Below, in pieces: positions 11,037 to 20,473 of a stretch of 64,000 bases of DNA (its first letter is position 1; each line of letters starts with the position of its first letter). Below the pieces are notes generated by a model. It ran no database searches. It was not told where the DNA came from and saw only the letters and a program-made list of their open reading frames with translations. Position numbers and translations under genes: made by a program. This DNA comes from Trypanosoma brucei (taxonomy: Eukaryota): positions 4,064,001-4,128,000 of the forward strand of contig CH464491.1 of NCBI GenBank assembly GCA_000002445.1, read 5' to 3'.

Positions 11037-11397
11037 GCGTGACGGGCCCGTCAGGGGCTAGTCCCACTCCGTCTTTTCCTTCCTACAGTGTTCTGGTTTC
11101 TGTGACAAAGAAGAGAAATCTTCTTGGTAACAATGTAGATGAAAGTTAGAATGGAGAGAGAGGGAAATTTTCGCCATTGTGCTTCCGTTCCCTCCATGTT
11201 CGATTGCAACCATCACACAACCGTTATAGTTTCCTGACAATCAATTACCGTGCACAGCACAAGGAGCATCAACCAAACTACAACAGGGAGAAAGTAAACG
11301 CACAACCCTGATGTCAATAAGGCAACCATACGGGTAACAACAGACGCCGATCAGCCAAAACCCTACCAGTATCGGACAGCACACAATATTCATTCAC

Positions 11398-12642
11398 TTA
11401 AGCATTAGACCTCCGTGATAGGTACACGTTACCCGCGTTGTCCATTGTGTAGCCTAAGGAAACAACGTTATCCCGCACTGAAGCCTGAGATACGCGGAAC
11501 CACTCAACAGCCTCTTGTCTGGTTTGAGGTGAGAGATGTTTTGCCTTCATTTCAGTGTACAGGGAGTGCAACTTCAATACTGACCTCGCCACCTCGCTAA
11601 ATGGTACAGCAGACCTTCCATCGTTTGTCCACTGCTTCAGGAAAGTGTCAGTAAGACTCTTTAAATCTTCCCTATTCACTCCTGAAAGATCAGGTCCACC
11701 CACTGATTTACTCTTTTCGTCGGTTTCACTGAGCGCTGAGGTGGAAAGAACTGACACAGGGGGTTCACTCGTTGCAACTCCTTTGTTGTTGCTCTCCTGG
11801 GTTTTGGACGCAGACATCTTAGTCTTGCCTCCAGTGCTATTCTTCATTTCCACTTCACTTTCGTTGTCGTTTCTGTTAACAGCGCCGTTACTTTCGAATT
11901 TGCTCCTCTTACCAAAGGAACCTTCACTACCTTTGTCCCACAAATTTTTCGTATCCTGGCGTTTTCTGGGCTTTTCATCGTTCGAAGAATATCCTCCTCC
12001 ATCTTCACCTTCATCTTGATAATCATCATCAATATAGCTCCGCTTGAACTGAACTTTGCGCGTATCTACACCCGAGTACCACGAGCTTGAGATGCCTTCT
12101 CCGTCCTTTACTGTGCCCGCGCGCTCGCAACGGAGTGCGTGAATTGGTGTGTTGAGAGGCTTCAAGTCAGCAACACCAACATCACCATCCACGATTGCGG
12201 GGAGTGTTAGCAGAAAACAGCTCTTCTTTTCATACCCCGGGAGCGGTAACGAACTAAAACGCAGCTCCTCTTCCTCCTCCTCATCATCATCACCGGATAA
12301 GTGCGGTAAGCGAAGTGCACCACGATATACGGAACGGGTTGCACGACCCCATGCACTTCTCGGTGCTTCTAGAATATGAAGTGTCTTAAGGGAATGCACA
12401 TCCGAACCGGGCAAAGAAGTCACTGAAAAGAGGCGAAGCCCCGAATCCTTTTTTTTCGACTCCTCCTCCTCCTCCTCATCCCCCGAGTGCTCGCCGCTGT
12501 CAATAATGTACCTCACAACATGATGCTGTTCTGTCAAAGCGTCAGCTGCTCGTTGACGCTTTTCCGCTGCCAGGCGCGCATCCTCCTCGATTCGGTGCCT
12601 CGGTAACACAACAGGCACCACATCCAAGGTCTTCCGTATCAT
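11398..12642 (-). CDS. Hypothetical acidic, Ser-rich protein (poly-Glu/Asp stretches)
   Basis: 414 aa, ATG start. Contains EEEEEESKKK and DDDEEEEEE runs. Long ORF in the array orientation, with no recognisable domain. Confidence 0.5.
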   Translation of the reverse strand: MIRKTLDVVPVVLPRHRIEEDARLAAEKRQRAADALTEQHHVVRYIIDSGEHSGDEEEEEESKKKDSGLRLFSVTSLPGSDVHSLKTLHILEAPRSAWGRATRSVYRGALRLPHLSGDDDEEEEEELRFSSLPLPGYEKKSCFLLTLPAIVDGDVGVADLKPLNTPIHALRCERAGTVKDGEGISSSWYSGVDTRKVQFKRSYIDDDYQDEGEDGGGYSSNDEKPRKRQDTKNLWDKGSEGSFGKRSKFESNGAVNRNDNESEVEMKNSTGGKTKMSASKTQESNNKGVATSEPPVSVLSTSALSETDEKSKSVGGPDLSGVNREDLKSLTDTFLKQWTNDGRSAVPFSEVARSVLKLHSLYTEMKAKHLSPQTRQEAVEWFRVSQASVRDNVVSLGYTMDNAGNVYLSRRSNA

Positions 12643-12952
12643 CTACCTTATATCGGTGAGTAGAAGGGAAAGAGTGAACCATGCTGAAAGTAGAAAATAA
12701 AGGAATAATCCACCAGAGGAACATTAGGGACCGTCAATAACACAGTAAAAAGGAGAGAAAAAAAGAAGACAGCAGTTCGAAGAACAAATAAAAATCACTC
12801 GCGCGTACACTATGAAGCGACTGTCACTGTTTTGAAGGATAAAGTGATTGGTATACACTTTTCCTACCGCTTTTGTGGAAAAACTAATAGACGTGGGTGG
12901 GTCCATACAGATAACTCACTTTCCGCCCCCCCCCCCCAATATGTAAACGATA

Positions 12953-13816
12953 CTAAGGCCTCTGCCCAGCTGACTGTGCGGAGTCACAGATCTCCTGAAG
13001 TTTCGCAAGAAGCTCACTCCACACAGGGCCCTTCGTTGGTGAACATAACAAAAAATTGCACCCTGCACGCGCAGCTGCAACTCTATCCTCATCTTCATCG
13101 CCAATATGAATCCAGTGGAGCATCGATGTTACACCACACTTCTTGCAGGAGGCTATAATTCCCTGGGGTGATGGCTTGGCAGCACCAACGGCGTCAGCGA
13201 AGAATAGCTCTCCAAGTAAGTCGGTTTCCCCTTGGTCCTTCAGCATTTCACCAATTACTGCGACCAGCCGTGAGTCAGTATTTGAAACAAGTGTTGGAGG
13301 GTCACAGCAAACTCCAGGGGGAACATCGTTTTCCCGCCATTGTTTGAGGGCTCGGAGTGTTGGAAGGGCTTCAGGAAGCCAGCAGTAGGGTTCCGGTGTG
13401 GAAAACCGACGCAATGTATTTTCGATAAACTCGCGCCAGTCCTCCCCCTGCCGTACCTCCTCAACTGCAGACATCATTGCCTCGTCTTGATGACAAAAAT
13501 TTCCCTCCCGGTCAAATGTTCCATCCACAACACGGTACCAAAAACTTAATACTTCTTCAGGTGCTACGCCACCCAAGGGCATTTCTTCTCCATCGCCCAA
13601 ACCGTTTTCCATCCAGACTTTGCGAGACTTCGATATTTCTGACTTCATGCTGCGTTTGAAGCTTGCCTCAAGGTCTCTTTCATCCATAGCTGGAAATTGC
13701 AATCCCTTGCGCGCAAGAAATCGAAGAAGGTCACAGCCATACTGGTAGCCGGCCGACCGCCGAACGGCCAATAAAGTGCCAACAAGATCGAACGAAACGC
13801 CCACACGGTCACCCAT
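12953..13816 (-). CDS. HAD-superfamily hydrolase (subfamily IA, dehalogenase-like motif I)
   Basis: 287 aa, ATG start. Motif I FDLVGTL (D-x-V rather than D-x-D). C-terminal motif IV HIGDEDEDRVAAARAG. Rossmann-like hydrophobic strands. Confidence 0.55.
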   Translation of the reverse strand: MGDRVGVSFDLVGTLLAVRRSAGYQYGCDLLRFLARKGLQFPAMDERDLEASFKRSMKSEISKSRKVWMENGLGDGEEMPLGGVAPEEVLSFWYRVVDGTFDREGNFCHQDEAMMSAVEEVRQGEDWREFIENTLRRFSTPEPYCWLPEALPTLRALKQWRENDVPPGVCCDPPTLVSNTDSRLVAVIGEMLKDQGETDLLGELFFADAVGAAKPSPQGIIASCKKCGVTSMLHWIHIGDEDEDRVAAARAGCNFLLCSPTKGPVWSELLAKLQEICDSAQSAGQRP

Positions 13817-14114
13817 ATTTCCGCGGTGTAATAAACGGTGCGTTTGCGTAAATTTTTGCTGTTGTTCTAAAATGCCCCCTGTTTAAAAGAAAATCCATGT
13901 AAACGAGCAGTGGTATCGAAACACTGAGAGTTAACAGTATTTCACGGTAGTACGTTGCCAACCACAAAAAGATGTTCCACGCCCACCAAAAAATTACTCT
14001 CACAAAGCACCAGAGAGTTACACCACCACTTCCATCACCTGCCACTTTCTGGCACACAGTAGTAAAGTGCAAACGACTCACCTGATATATCATTAAAACA
14101 AAGAAAACATTTAG

Positions 14115-15815
14115 TCACTGTCCCTCACTTAGACTCCCACAGATGCGCTCTTTTAGACAAGGAAACCCTTCTCTAACGTGATCAGTAAGGACGGTCTCAT
14201 CAGTGTCCTCTTCCTCGTCATTGCCTTCTTGGGAACTAGTGTCTTCATCCCCTTCACCGTTAGTTTCCTCATCCTCATCGATTACAACTTCCTCGTCAGT
14301 ACCCTCTTGGGAGCTGGTATTCTCATCTCCTTCACTCTCAGTCTCCTCTTCCTCATCAGTGTCCTCTTCCTCACTTTCTGATTCTTCCTCTTCATCATCC
14401 TCAATGACAGTCTTACGGGCCGCCCTGTCCCTCATCTGACTGTTCCGTTCCCCCTTCGCTGCAATTTGGCGCATTCGGGAAAAAAGGACAGAATCAGGTG
14501 GAAAGTGGTGGACTTCGTCAACCACAGCGAGCGGGAGGCTATGCATCAAAAAGGAAGGTCCGTACATGGTAAAATATTCACAGTCCTCGGGAACTTCAAC
14601 ACCCTTGTCTGTCGACAGGTCGGGAGACCACGAGAAGTAGCTGGTTTCACCGTTACGTAGAGCGGTTGCACAGCTAAATACGTCGCGTGTCAGTACCCCG
14701 GCCAGACGGGCCGCGACCACATCCACGTTGCAACTACCACCTAGCATGAGCACTTTCGCAGAATGACTTGCAGACTCGGTAAGAAGCGTACGAAGAATCC
14801 GTTGGTATCCTCCTATGGTTAAATTCAAAAGGCCATAGGGATCTCCAGATAAGGAATTCGACCCACAAACAACGACTACTGCTCCCAACTCGACCCCGGC
14901 CCTCCTGAACGCAGAATAGATGCCACGCTGGGCCATCGGCACAACAAGAGCGTCAGTTGCCCCCACAGGCAGTGGAATGTTCATGGTGTAGCCGCGTCCC
15001 AAACCACTCCCTATTTCTTCCAACGAACCGGTTCCAGGGAAGATTCCTATACCGTACGCATGAAGAGATAGGGTAACTACTCGAGGATCCGACAGAAAAG
15101 CCTCCTGCGCCCCATCACCATGATGAGCGTCAAGATCAACCGCAAGAACCACATTTCTATTCGCTGGTAGAAGTTTGCGTAACTCTAATACGGCGAGAAC
15201 AACGTCATTGACCAAGCACGAACCCCCAGCTGAAGCGCGCTTTGCATTATGTTTCCCACCCATCCAATGAATAGCGGCGAATCGGGATGGCTGTGCGAGC
15301 AAGCGAGTGGCCGCAAGTGTACCTGACACAACGGCCTGAGTGAATCGCCACATACCAGAGAAAGGCGCGCTGTCACCCACGAGGTTAAACCTTTTGTCCC
15401 CATTTTGTGGGAAAAGCACGAACGGTGGCAGGGGGGCTGAGCAACGTCTAGAAGCGAATCTTTTTGATGGCGTGCCCCTTATATTGCTGCATCCTGAAAA
15501 TGAGAGAACGTGCTCATCATCCCCCGAAGCCACCTCGCGTAAACTCAAATAGCGCACGTATGACTCGTCGTGGAACACAGTCATATCTTCCACATCAACA
15601 CTTGGTAGATTGCGATCGACCCATTCAAAAATGTCATTACAAAAGGCAGCTTCACCGCCTACTTCCTTCCGGGGGAAAGGGGTGCAGCCGTAATGACGCA
15701 CCATATCAATGATGAGTTTGTTGTGCTGAAGCGCGGGAAGACTAGCGGGTGCATCGACATCGGTACTAACGATGACTGCTACCGGCGGGATGGAAGCAGG
15801 AGGCTCCACAACCAT
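14115..15815 (-). CDS. Class I histone deacetylase homolog with substituted catalytic residues and acidic C-terminal tail (candidate DAC2-type)
   Basis: 566 aa, ATG start. Conserved HDAC core: GGKHNAKRASAGGSCLVNDVVLAVLEL, VDLDAHHGDGAQEAF, CGSNSLSGDPYGLLNLT. It aligns colinearly with human HDAC1 GGLHHAKK…IDIDIHHGDGVEEAF…CGSDSLSGD. C-terminal ~100 aa are Glu/Asp-rich. Confidence 0.8.
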   Translation of the reverse strand: MVVEPPASIPPVAVIVSTDVDAPASLPALQHNKLIIDMVRHYGCTPFPRKEVGGEAAFCNDIFEWVDRNLPSVDVEDMTVFHDESYVRYLSLREVASGDDEHVLSFSGCSNIRGTPSKRFASRRCSAPLPPFVLFPQNGDKRFNLVGDSAPFSGMWRFTQAVVSGTLAATRLLAQPSRFAAIHWMGGKHNAKRASAGGSCLVNDVVLAVLELRKLLPANRNVVLAVDLDAHHGDGAQEAFLSDPRVVTLSLHAYGIGIFPGTGSLEEIGSGLGRGYTMNIPLPVGATDALVVPMAQRGIYSAFRRAGVELGAVVVVCGSNSLSGDPYGLLNLTIGGYQRILRTLLTESASHSAKVLMLGGSCNVDVVAARLAGVLTRDVFSCATALRNGETSYFSWSPDLSTDKGVEVPEDCEYFTMYGPSFLMHSLPLAVVDEVHHFPPDSVLFSRMRQIAAKGERNSQMRDRAARKTVIEDDEEEESESEEEDTDEEEETESEGDENTSSQEGTDEEVVIDEDEETNGEGDEDTSSQEGNDEEEDTDETVLTDHVREGFPCLKERICGSLSEGQ

Positions 15816-16762
15816 AGCTGGGCATGCAATCAGTTGGTTATATATTTAAATGTACACTATGATTTAGAATAGCAGTCACAGACTTGAGAAAAATACTTCA
15901 AGCCTAACATCTTTTGTGCGATGTGTGGTTGAGAAAATTTTTTGTCTCCGGTTTCAGCATAACAAGCGAAATATGGATAGATGCAAAAAGCCAGCAGTCA
16001 CCTTTTCAACCGCAGACCAACGGAGTGGTGGGGTAAACAAACGTCGGAGGGAAGGTATGCATGTGAACGTGCCTTTCTAACCCATGGTATATTGCTTTAA
16101 TCACCTCCCACTTCACGCGGTCGCCGGGAGAAAATAAAATGCACTAATGAGGTGCAGTCCACCACCCCAGTTTCTCCCACGTATTTAATAGTTCATTGCA
16201 CGAATGCAGAGAAAAAGGTACACATGCTCCACCAGTAGCGCTCATGTCGGGATCACCCTCGCATAGATATTAACCAACTACATCCACGCATACCACTTTG
16301 TCTCTTTCTTTCCTTATTTCTTGACACCTGCGACGAACTCACGACAATAACGGCAAATTACAAGAAAAAAAAACATTTCCAACGTGAAGCACTACCCAAG
16401 ACCAACTGTGCAACAGATAAGAAACGAGCAAAGGTGGTGCGAATCTTTAGACAAACACGACACGTAACGCAACCTCATGGCAACAGTCCCGCCTGGTAGG
16501 CGAATATACGCGCTCCGCCCGCAACTGCTACAGCTTCACTTACGCTAAGAAACGAACTAATGACAGAGATGAGGAAAAAGAGAGGGAGGGTATAAATTTA
16601 TCTGAGATTGATTGTATGAGGGTAAAGTGCGCATGTGAACTCTGTGTGACACGTCACATTAACACCGCGGTTCACCATCTCCCGTCTTTCCGTTCGACAA
16701 AAAAAAAACGTATTAACAATGACGTGAAGGGTCAGCAGATGCATCTCATGGCGTGTGCGCTG

Positions 16763-16788
16763 AGAGAGAGAGAGGGGGGGGGGGGGGG
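16763..16788. repeat. (GA)n followed by a G15 homopolymer
   Basis: gagagagagag + ggggggggggggggg in the 1.2-kb intergenic/UTR interval. Confidence 0.9.
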
Positions 16789-17047
16789 TGAAAAACGCAC
16801 AGTTTGCATTGGGCGCAATCCATGTAGCAGAGAACACGTATACACACATATGTATATGTATACATATGTGTATGTTTATTAAAAAAGAAAAAAAACGAAA
16901 AATTATATCACAAAAAGTGTAAAATACTTAACGTTGTAAACTTCACTCTTTAAAGAAAACAACAACAACTCCCACACCACTACGCTACAGACGCTTTTCA
17001 ATACAAGTCGAAAAATATTATTCGACCAACAGCACTTCCAGAGGTTT

Positions 17048-20041
17048 CTATCCATCTATTTTCCTGTTAGCAAGCTTACGAACTGCCTCCTCCCGCCGTC
17101 GTTCCTTCCACTCCCTCCACGCCGCCTGGACAATTAGAGCTGCTTCTTCGCGCAATGCGCGGTGCCGCATCAGCGAGGCCGTCGCGTGTGTGGGAAACTT
17201 TCGCGACTTGCAGTCAAATGCTGTCAGAAGCTTCATGGCACGAAACGATGAAGAGGATCTAGAGTCACCCTCTGCCCGCATGCTGCGAGTTAAAGAAGCC
17301 AGAGCACCTCGAGACCATTTCGGCGACGGCGCGAGTAGTTCATCTTCAGGAGGTGTGGGGAGCTCCGTGTTTTCAACTGCAGAATTCACACAAGTCCCCA
17401 CGGGTTTCGATGACAACGAAGGACAACATAAACCGCCCTCGCCTCCAGTCCTATCCGCCAAATTATCGTTTCCCTCACCGTTGAAGCTGGTGTGACGTTC
17501 TGGCCCGGAAACATACGTAACAGTCATCACCGGATGGTTGACCCCCTTATTAGCACTCACCGAAGGGGAATTGTAATGAGCACAGTTTCCACACTGGGAG
17601 TGAAGGTTGGGGTGCTGCATCCACATCCTTTCCGATACCCCGATGACGTTAGCCGCACAGGGGCATGCAGCACAACAAGGCTGGGCTACGGTTCCTGAAC
17701 AACGCCTTCCACTACCAAAAACAGAGAAACAGTTTGACCCTCCAGGGTACCGATGTTCGGGGTAGCCCTGAGGGTCACCTGACGATGGCTTATAACAGAC
17801 ACATCGGCAACAGGAAAAGGGGTCAGAGTGCTGCGGTTTCACTTCCCTCGAAATGCTCTCGTATTTTTGATGGAGCAGCGTCTCGTGCACGTAACGGGTT
17901 GAACGACGAGCCGAAACAAACGCCAACAGAACATCATATGGATGGCGCTGCAGTGTGCCATTACCGTTCTTTGATTCATCCCTTATTTTCAACCCGCCCG
18001 TCGCAAATGCGGTCTCTCCAACTCCAGGAACACATCTATGAGGACAATCTATTGGTAAATTCCCTCCGCATGACACTACCGGAGGCCCGGTACAACCCAG
18101 CAAGTGAGAAAAATTCGGTTTACAGGGACATCCTTTCCAGTACCTAACGAACTCCGACACCTTTGCTCGACTAAAAGCTTGCAGAATTCGGACGCACCAC
18201 GTGACCGACGGCACGAATTCTCCACACCCAAAGGGTCGCCTGGGCTCTGAACACACCCCATAAAGGGATTTTGCTCCCTGAGCAACTCCATTTGATAGCC
18301 GTTGTCCCACCGCCCCTTGACCATTGCCTACACGTGACGTTCTCCTGTTCCATGGTTCTGCCAATCCAGCTCGGTGAGACGAAAACAACTTTCTTGGCAT
18401 ATCCCGTCCATTCATTGGTGTGCTTCCCGCCGACTGCCGAGAACGCGCTCCCCGGTTGCCCTTCGCAGCGGGGTCTGTGTAAGCTGAGAAGTCACGTACT
18501 ATGAACGGGGTTGCAGTTGGTGTGCCGTCCTCCTCTTTAGGATGAAATACGTAAGTGGAGTTGTTCCACTGAGGTTGAGCAGCGGGCGCTAGCGGTGAAC
18601 TGTAGCTTTGCCAGTTATTTGGTATCCTTGACAAGCTGTTACCTCCTCGACGAGGATCTATGGGTGTCGAACCGGCCGGCCCCCAGCCGCTAGGCCCAGA
18701 CGGCCCCAATCCCCTCTTCGGTCTTTGATGTTGTTCCTCTTCTATCAACGGCTCGGGGTTTCCAGCCATTGCGACCTCGACTCTGCGTGGCAGGGTTGTT
18801 GTGACGATGACACTTTGGGGGGGCACAGATGAAGGGTGTTTCTTCGACCCCATTGCTGCTTGTACCCTCGGATCGTAACCGCTACGCTTGTGAAGTCGTT
18901 TACACTGCTGTATGCGCTGACGCACTTCGCTTAACCATACGTTCTCCCCTTTGCTAAGTTTCACCACTGATGACAGCCAGCGTTCACACTGCTGAAAGCG
19001 GTTAACAGCTGCCTTGAATGCGTTTTTGCCACTAAGCCAGGCACCGTGGATATCCAACACGCGGGCGAGAAGACAAACCTCTTCTCGCCATTTGATGTAC
19101 GTGTTAATTGTTCTATCCCCCGCCGCTGCATTGGCGCCACCAGGCTCCACTGAGCTGAACTGCGATAATCGATTGAGCCGCGAACGCTGCATGTCATGTT
19201 GACACACTCGTTTCTCAATGATTTCCTCTGCTATTGAAATTAGGGATAACGCCTCGTCGACAAGACCAAGCTCATACTGTATCTGTGCCAAGTTAAAGTA
19301 CGTTACCCCAATCGTCTCCACATTCAGTGATTCTTCCAACTCCAGGGCTCGACCCATGCGGCGTGCAGCCAGATCATATTCGGCTATCTTAAAGTGGTAC
19401 AACCCAATGTTATTCTCTATAATAGCTACGGCACGCTCGCGCGCTCTCTCGTGCCGCTTAGTAAAATATGGAACACAAACCACCCGTACTCCACCCACGC
19501 ACTTGAGACCACATGACCCACCCGCTTGAGTACCTAAAGGGGACCCCGGTGAGGCCTCGCTATCGTTGGATAAGGGAGAAGACAACGAATCGTTACCAGA
19601 AAAGAATGGAAAGTCCTTTCCTGCGCCTTTTCGTGTCATTGACTCCACGTTGAGAAGCATTTGCAGTGCATGGGTGTAGCGCTTCTCGTTGAGGAAGCGC
19701 AAAGCCGTGACATTCGCTACACGGATGTAATGGTCCGCCCGTCTCGACAACGTATCTTCAAGATCAAAAAGCTGCTGAATTGCGGTGCGTGTGGTCTCAC
19801 ATGTCTCACTTTTCGGCAACGCGTGTTCGGCGTCCTCTGACAAACTAATAGTACTATCCAGTCTATGAATATAAAACCGTTGCTGGAAGACATACTCAGC
19901 CGCTTCGTGCAGTTTCTCCTGCAATTGGGGTAGGTCTTCCTCGGGTCCGTTGGCTGCACTTAGCGATTTCTCATAATTTCTATTCCTACCGTGCGGGGAG
20001 GCTCCTCTGCGAGTGGCTCCCGCCGGCGTTTGCTGCTTCAT
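17048..20041 (-). CDS. Hypothetical large protein: TPR-like N-terminal region, Cys-rich central region, C-terminal IQ (calmodulin-binding) motif
   Basis: 997 aa, ATG start. TPR-like helices (VTYFNLAQIQYELGLVDEALSLISIAEEII). Cys-dense segment (…CCRCVCYKPSSGDPQGYPEHRYPGGSNCF…CCAACPCAANV…). C-terminal ALIVQAAWREWKERRREEAVRKL matches IQxxxRGxxxR-like. Confidence 0.55.
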   Translation of the reverse strand: MKQQTPAGATRRGASPHGRNRNYEKSLSAANGPEEDLPQLQEKLHEAAEYVFQQRFYIHRLDSTISLSEDAEHALPKSETCETTRTAIQQLFDLEDTLSRRADHYIRVANVTALRFLNEKRYTHALQMLLNVESMTRKGAGKDFPFFSGNDSLSSPLSNDSEASPGSPLGTQAGGSCGLKCVGGVRVVCVPYFTKRHERARERAVAIIENNIGLYHFKIAEYDLAARRMGRALELEESLNVETIGVTYFNLAQIQYELGLVDEALSLISIAEEIIEKRVCQHDMQRSRLNRLSQFSSVEPGGANAAAGDRTINTYIKWREEVCLLARVLDIHGAWLSGKNAFKAAVNRFQQCERWLSSVVKLSKGENVWLSEVRQRIQQCKRLHKRSGYDPRVQAAMGSKKHPSSVPPQSVIVTTTLPRRVEVAMAGNPEPLIEEEQHQRPKRGLGPSGPSGWGPAGSTPIDPRRGGNSLSRIPNNWQSYSSPLAPAAQPQWNNSTYVFHPKEEDGTPTATPFIVRDFSAYTDPAAKGNRGARSRQSAGSTPMNGRDMPRKLFSSHRAGLAEPWNRRTSRVGNGQGAVGQRLSNGVAQGAKSLYGVCSEPRRPFGCGEFVPSVTWCVRILQAFSRAKVSEFVRYWKGCPCKPNFSHLLGCTGPPVVSCGGNLPIDCPHRCVPGVGETAFATGGLKIRDESKNGNGTLQRHPYDVLLAFVSARRSTRYVHETLLHQKYESISREVKPQHSDPFSCCRCVCYKPSSGDPQGYPEHRYPGGSNCFSVFGSGRRCSGTVAQPCCAACPCAANVIGVSERMWMQHPNLHSQCGNCAHYNSPSVSANKGVNHPVMTVTYVSGPERHTSFNGEGNDNLADRTGGEGGLCCPSLSSKPVGTCVNSAVENTELPTPPEDELLAPSPKWSRGALASLTRSMRAEGDSRSSSSFRAMKLLTAFDCKSRKFPTHATASLMRHRALREEAALIVQAAWREWKERRREEAVRKLANRKIDG

Positions 20042-20473
20042 GATGCTGGGACTTGCTGCCGCTTTCCACTTGCAGCACCCACAACTTCTGTAAGTGGGAA
20101 GACAATGGTTACAAGCGAAAAAAAGGGGGGGATTTCTTGCCTAGATCACCGACCGCACCACGCCTTACCTGAAGACTGTGCAGTAGACGGTCCGATGTTG
20201 ATCCAACGGTTTCTGTAGGGCACAATAAGACGGTGGGAAAAGAGCATGGAAATTAAAGAAACAGAGTACCAGTTGGTCAATAAAAGCAAGAGCACGAGTC
20301 AAAAATAGCAGAAAGGGTAGATTGAAATGAGATGCGTCCACAATAGTGGGGCATACAAAGATGTTCGTTAACAAAGACATTTGTGCGAGGGCTAGCACAC
20401 TTTCAACTCACAAGCCTCATATGCCATAGGTACAGGCGTGAAACTCTGAATGTTTCGCTTCTTTCGAAGTTGT

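Noticed and set aside
16841-16885. Apparent palindrome in tatacacacatatgtatatgtatacatatgtgtatg
   Set aside because: It is an imperfect arrangement of (TG)/(TA) microsatellite units, not a clean inverted repeat like the one at 4623-4669.
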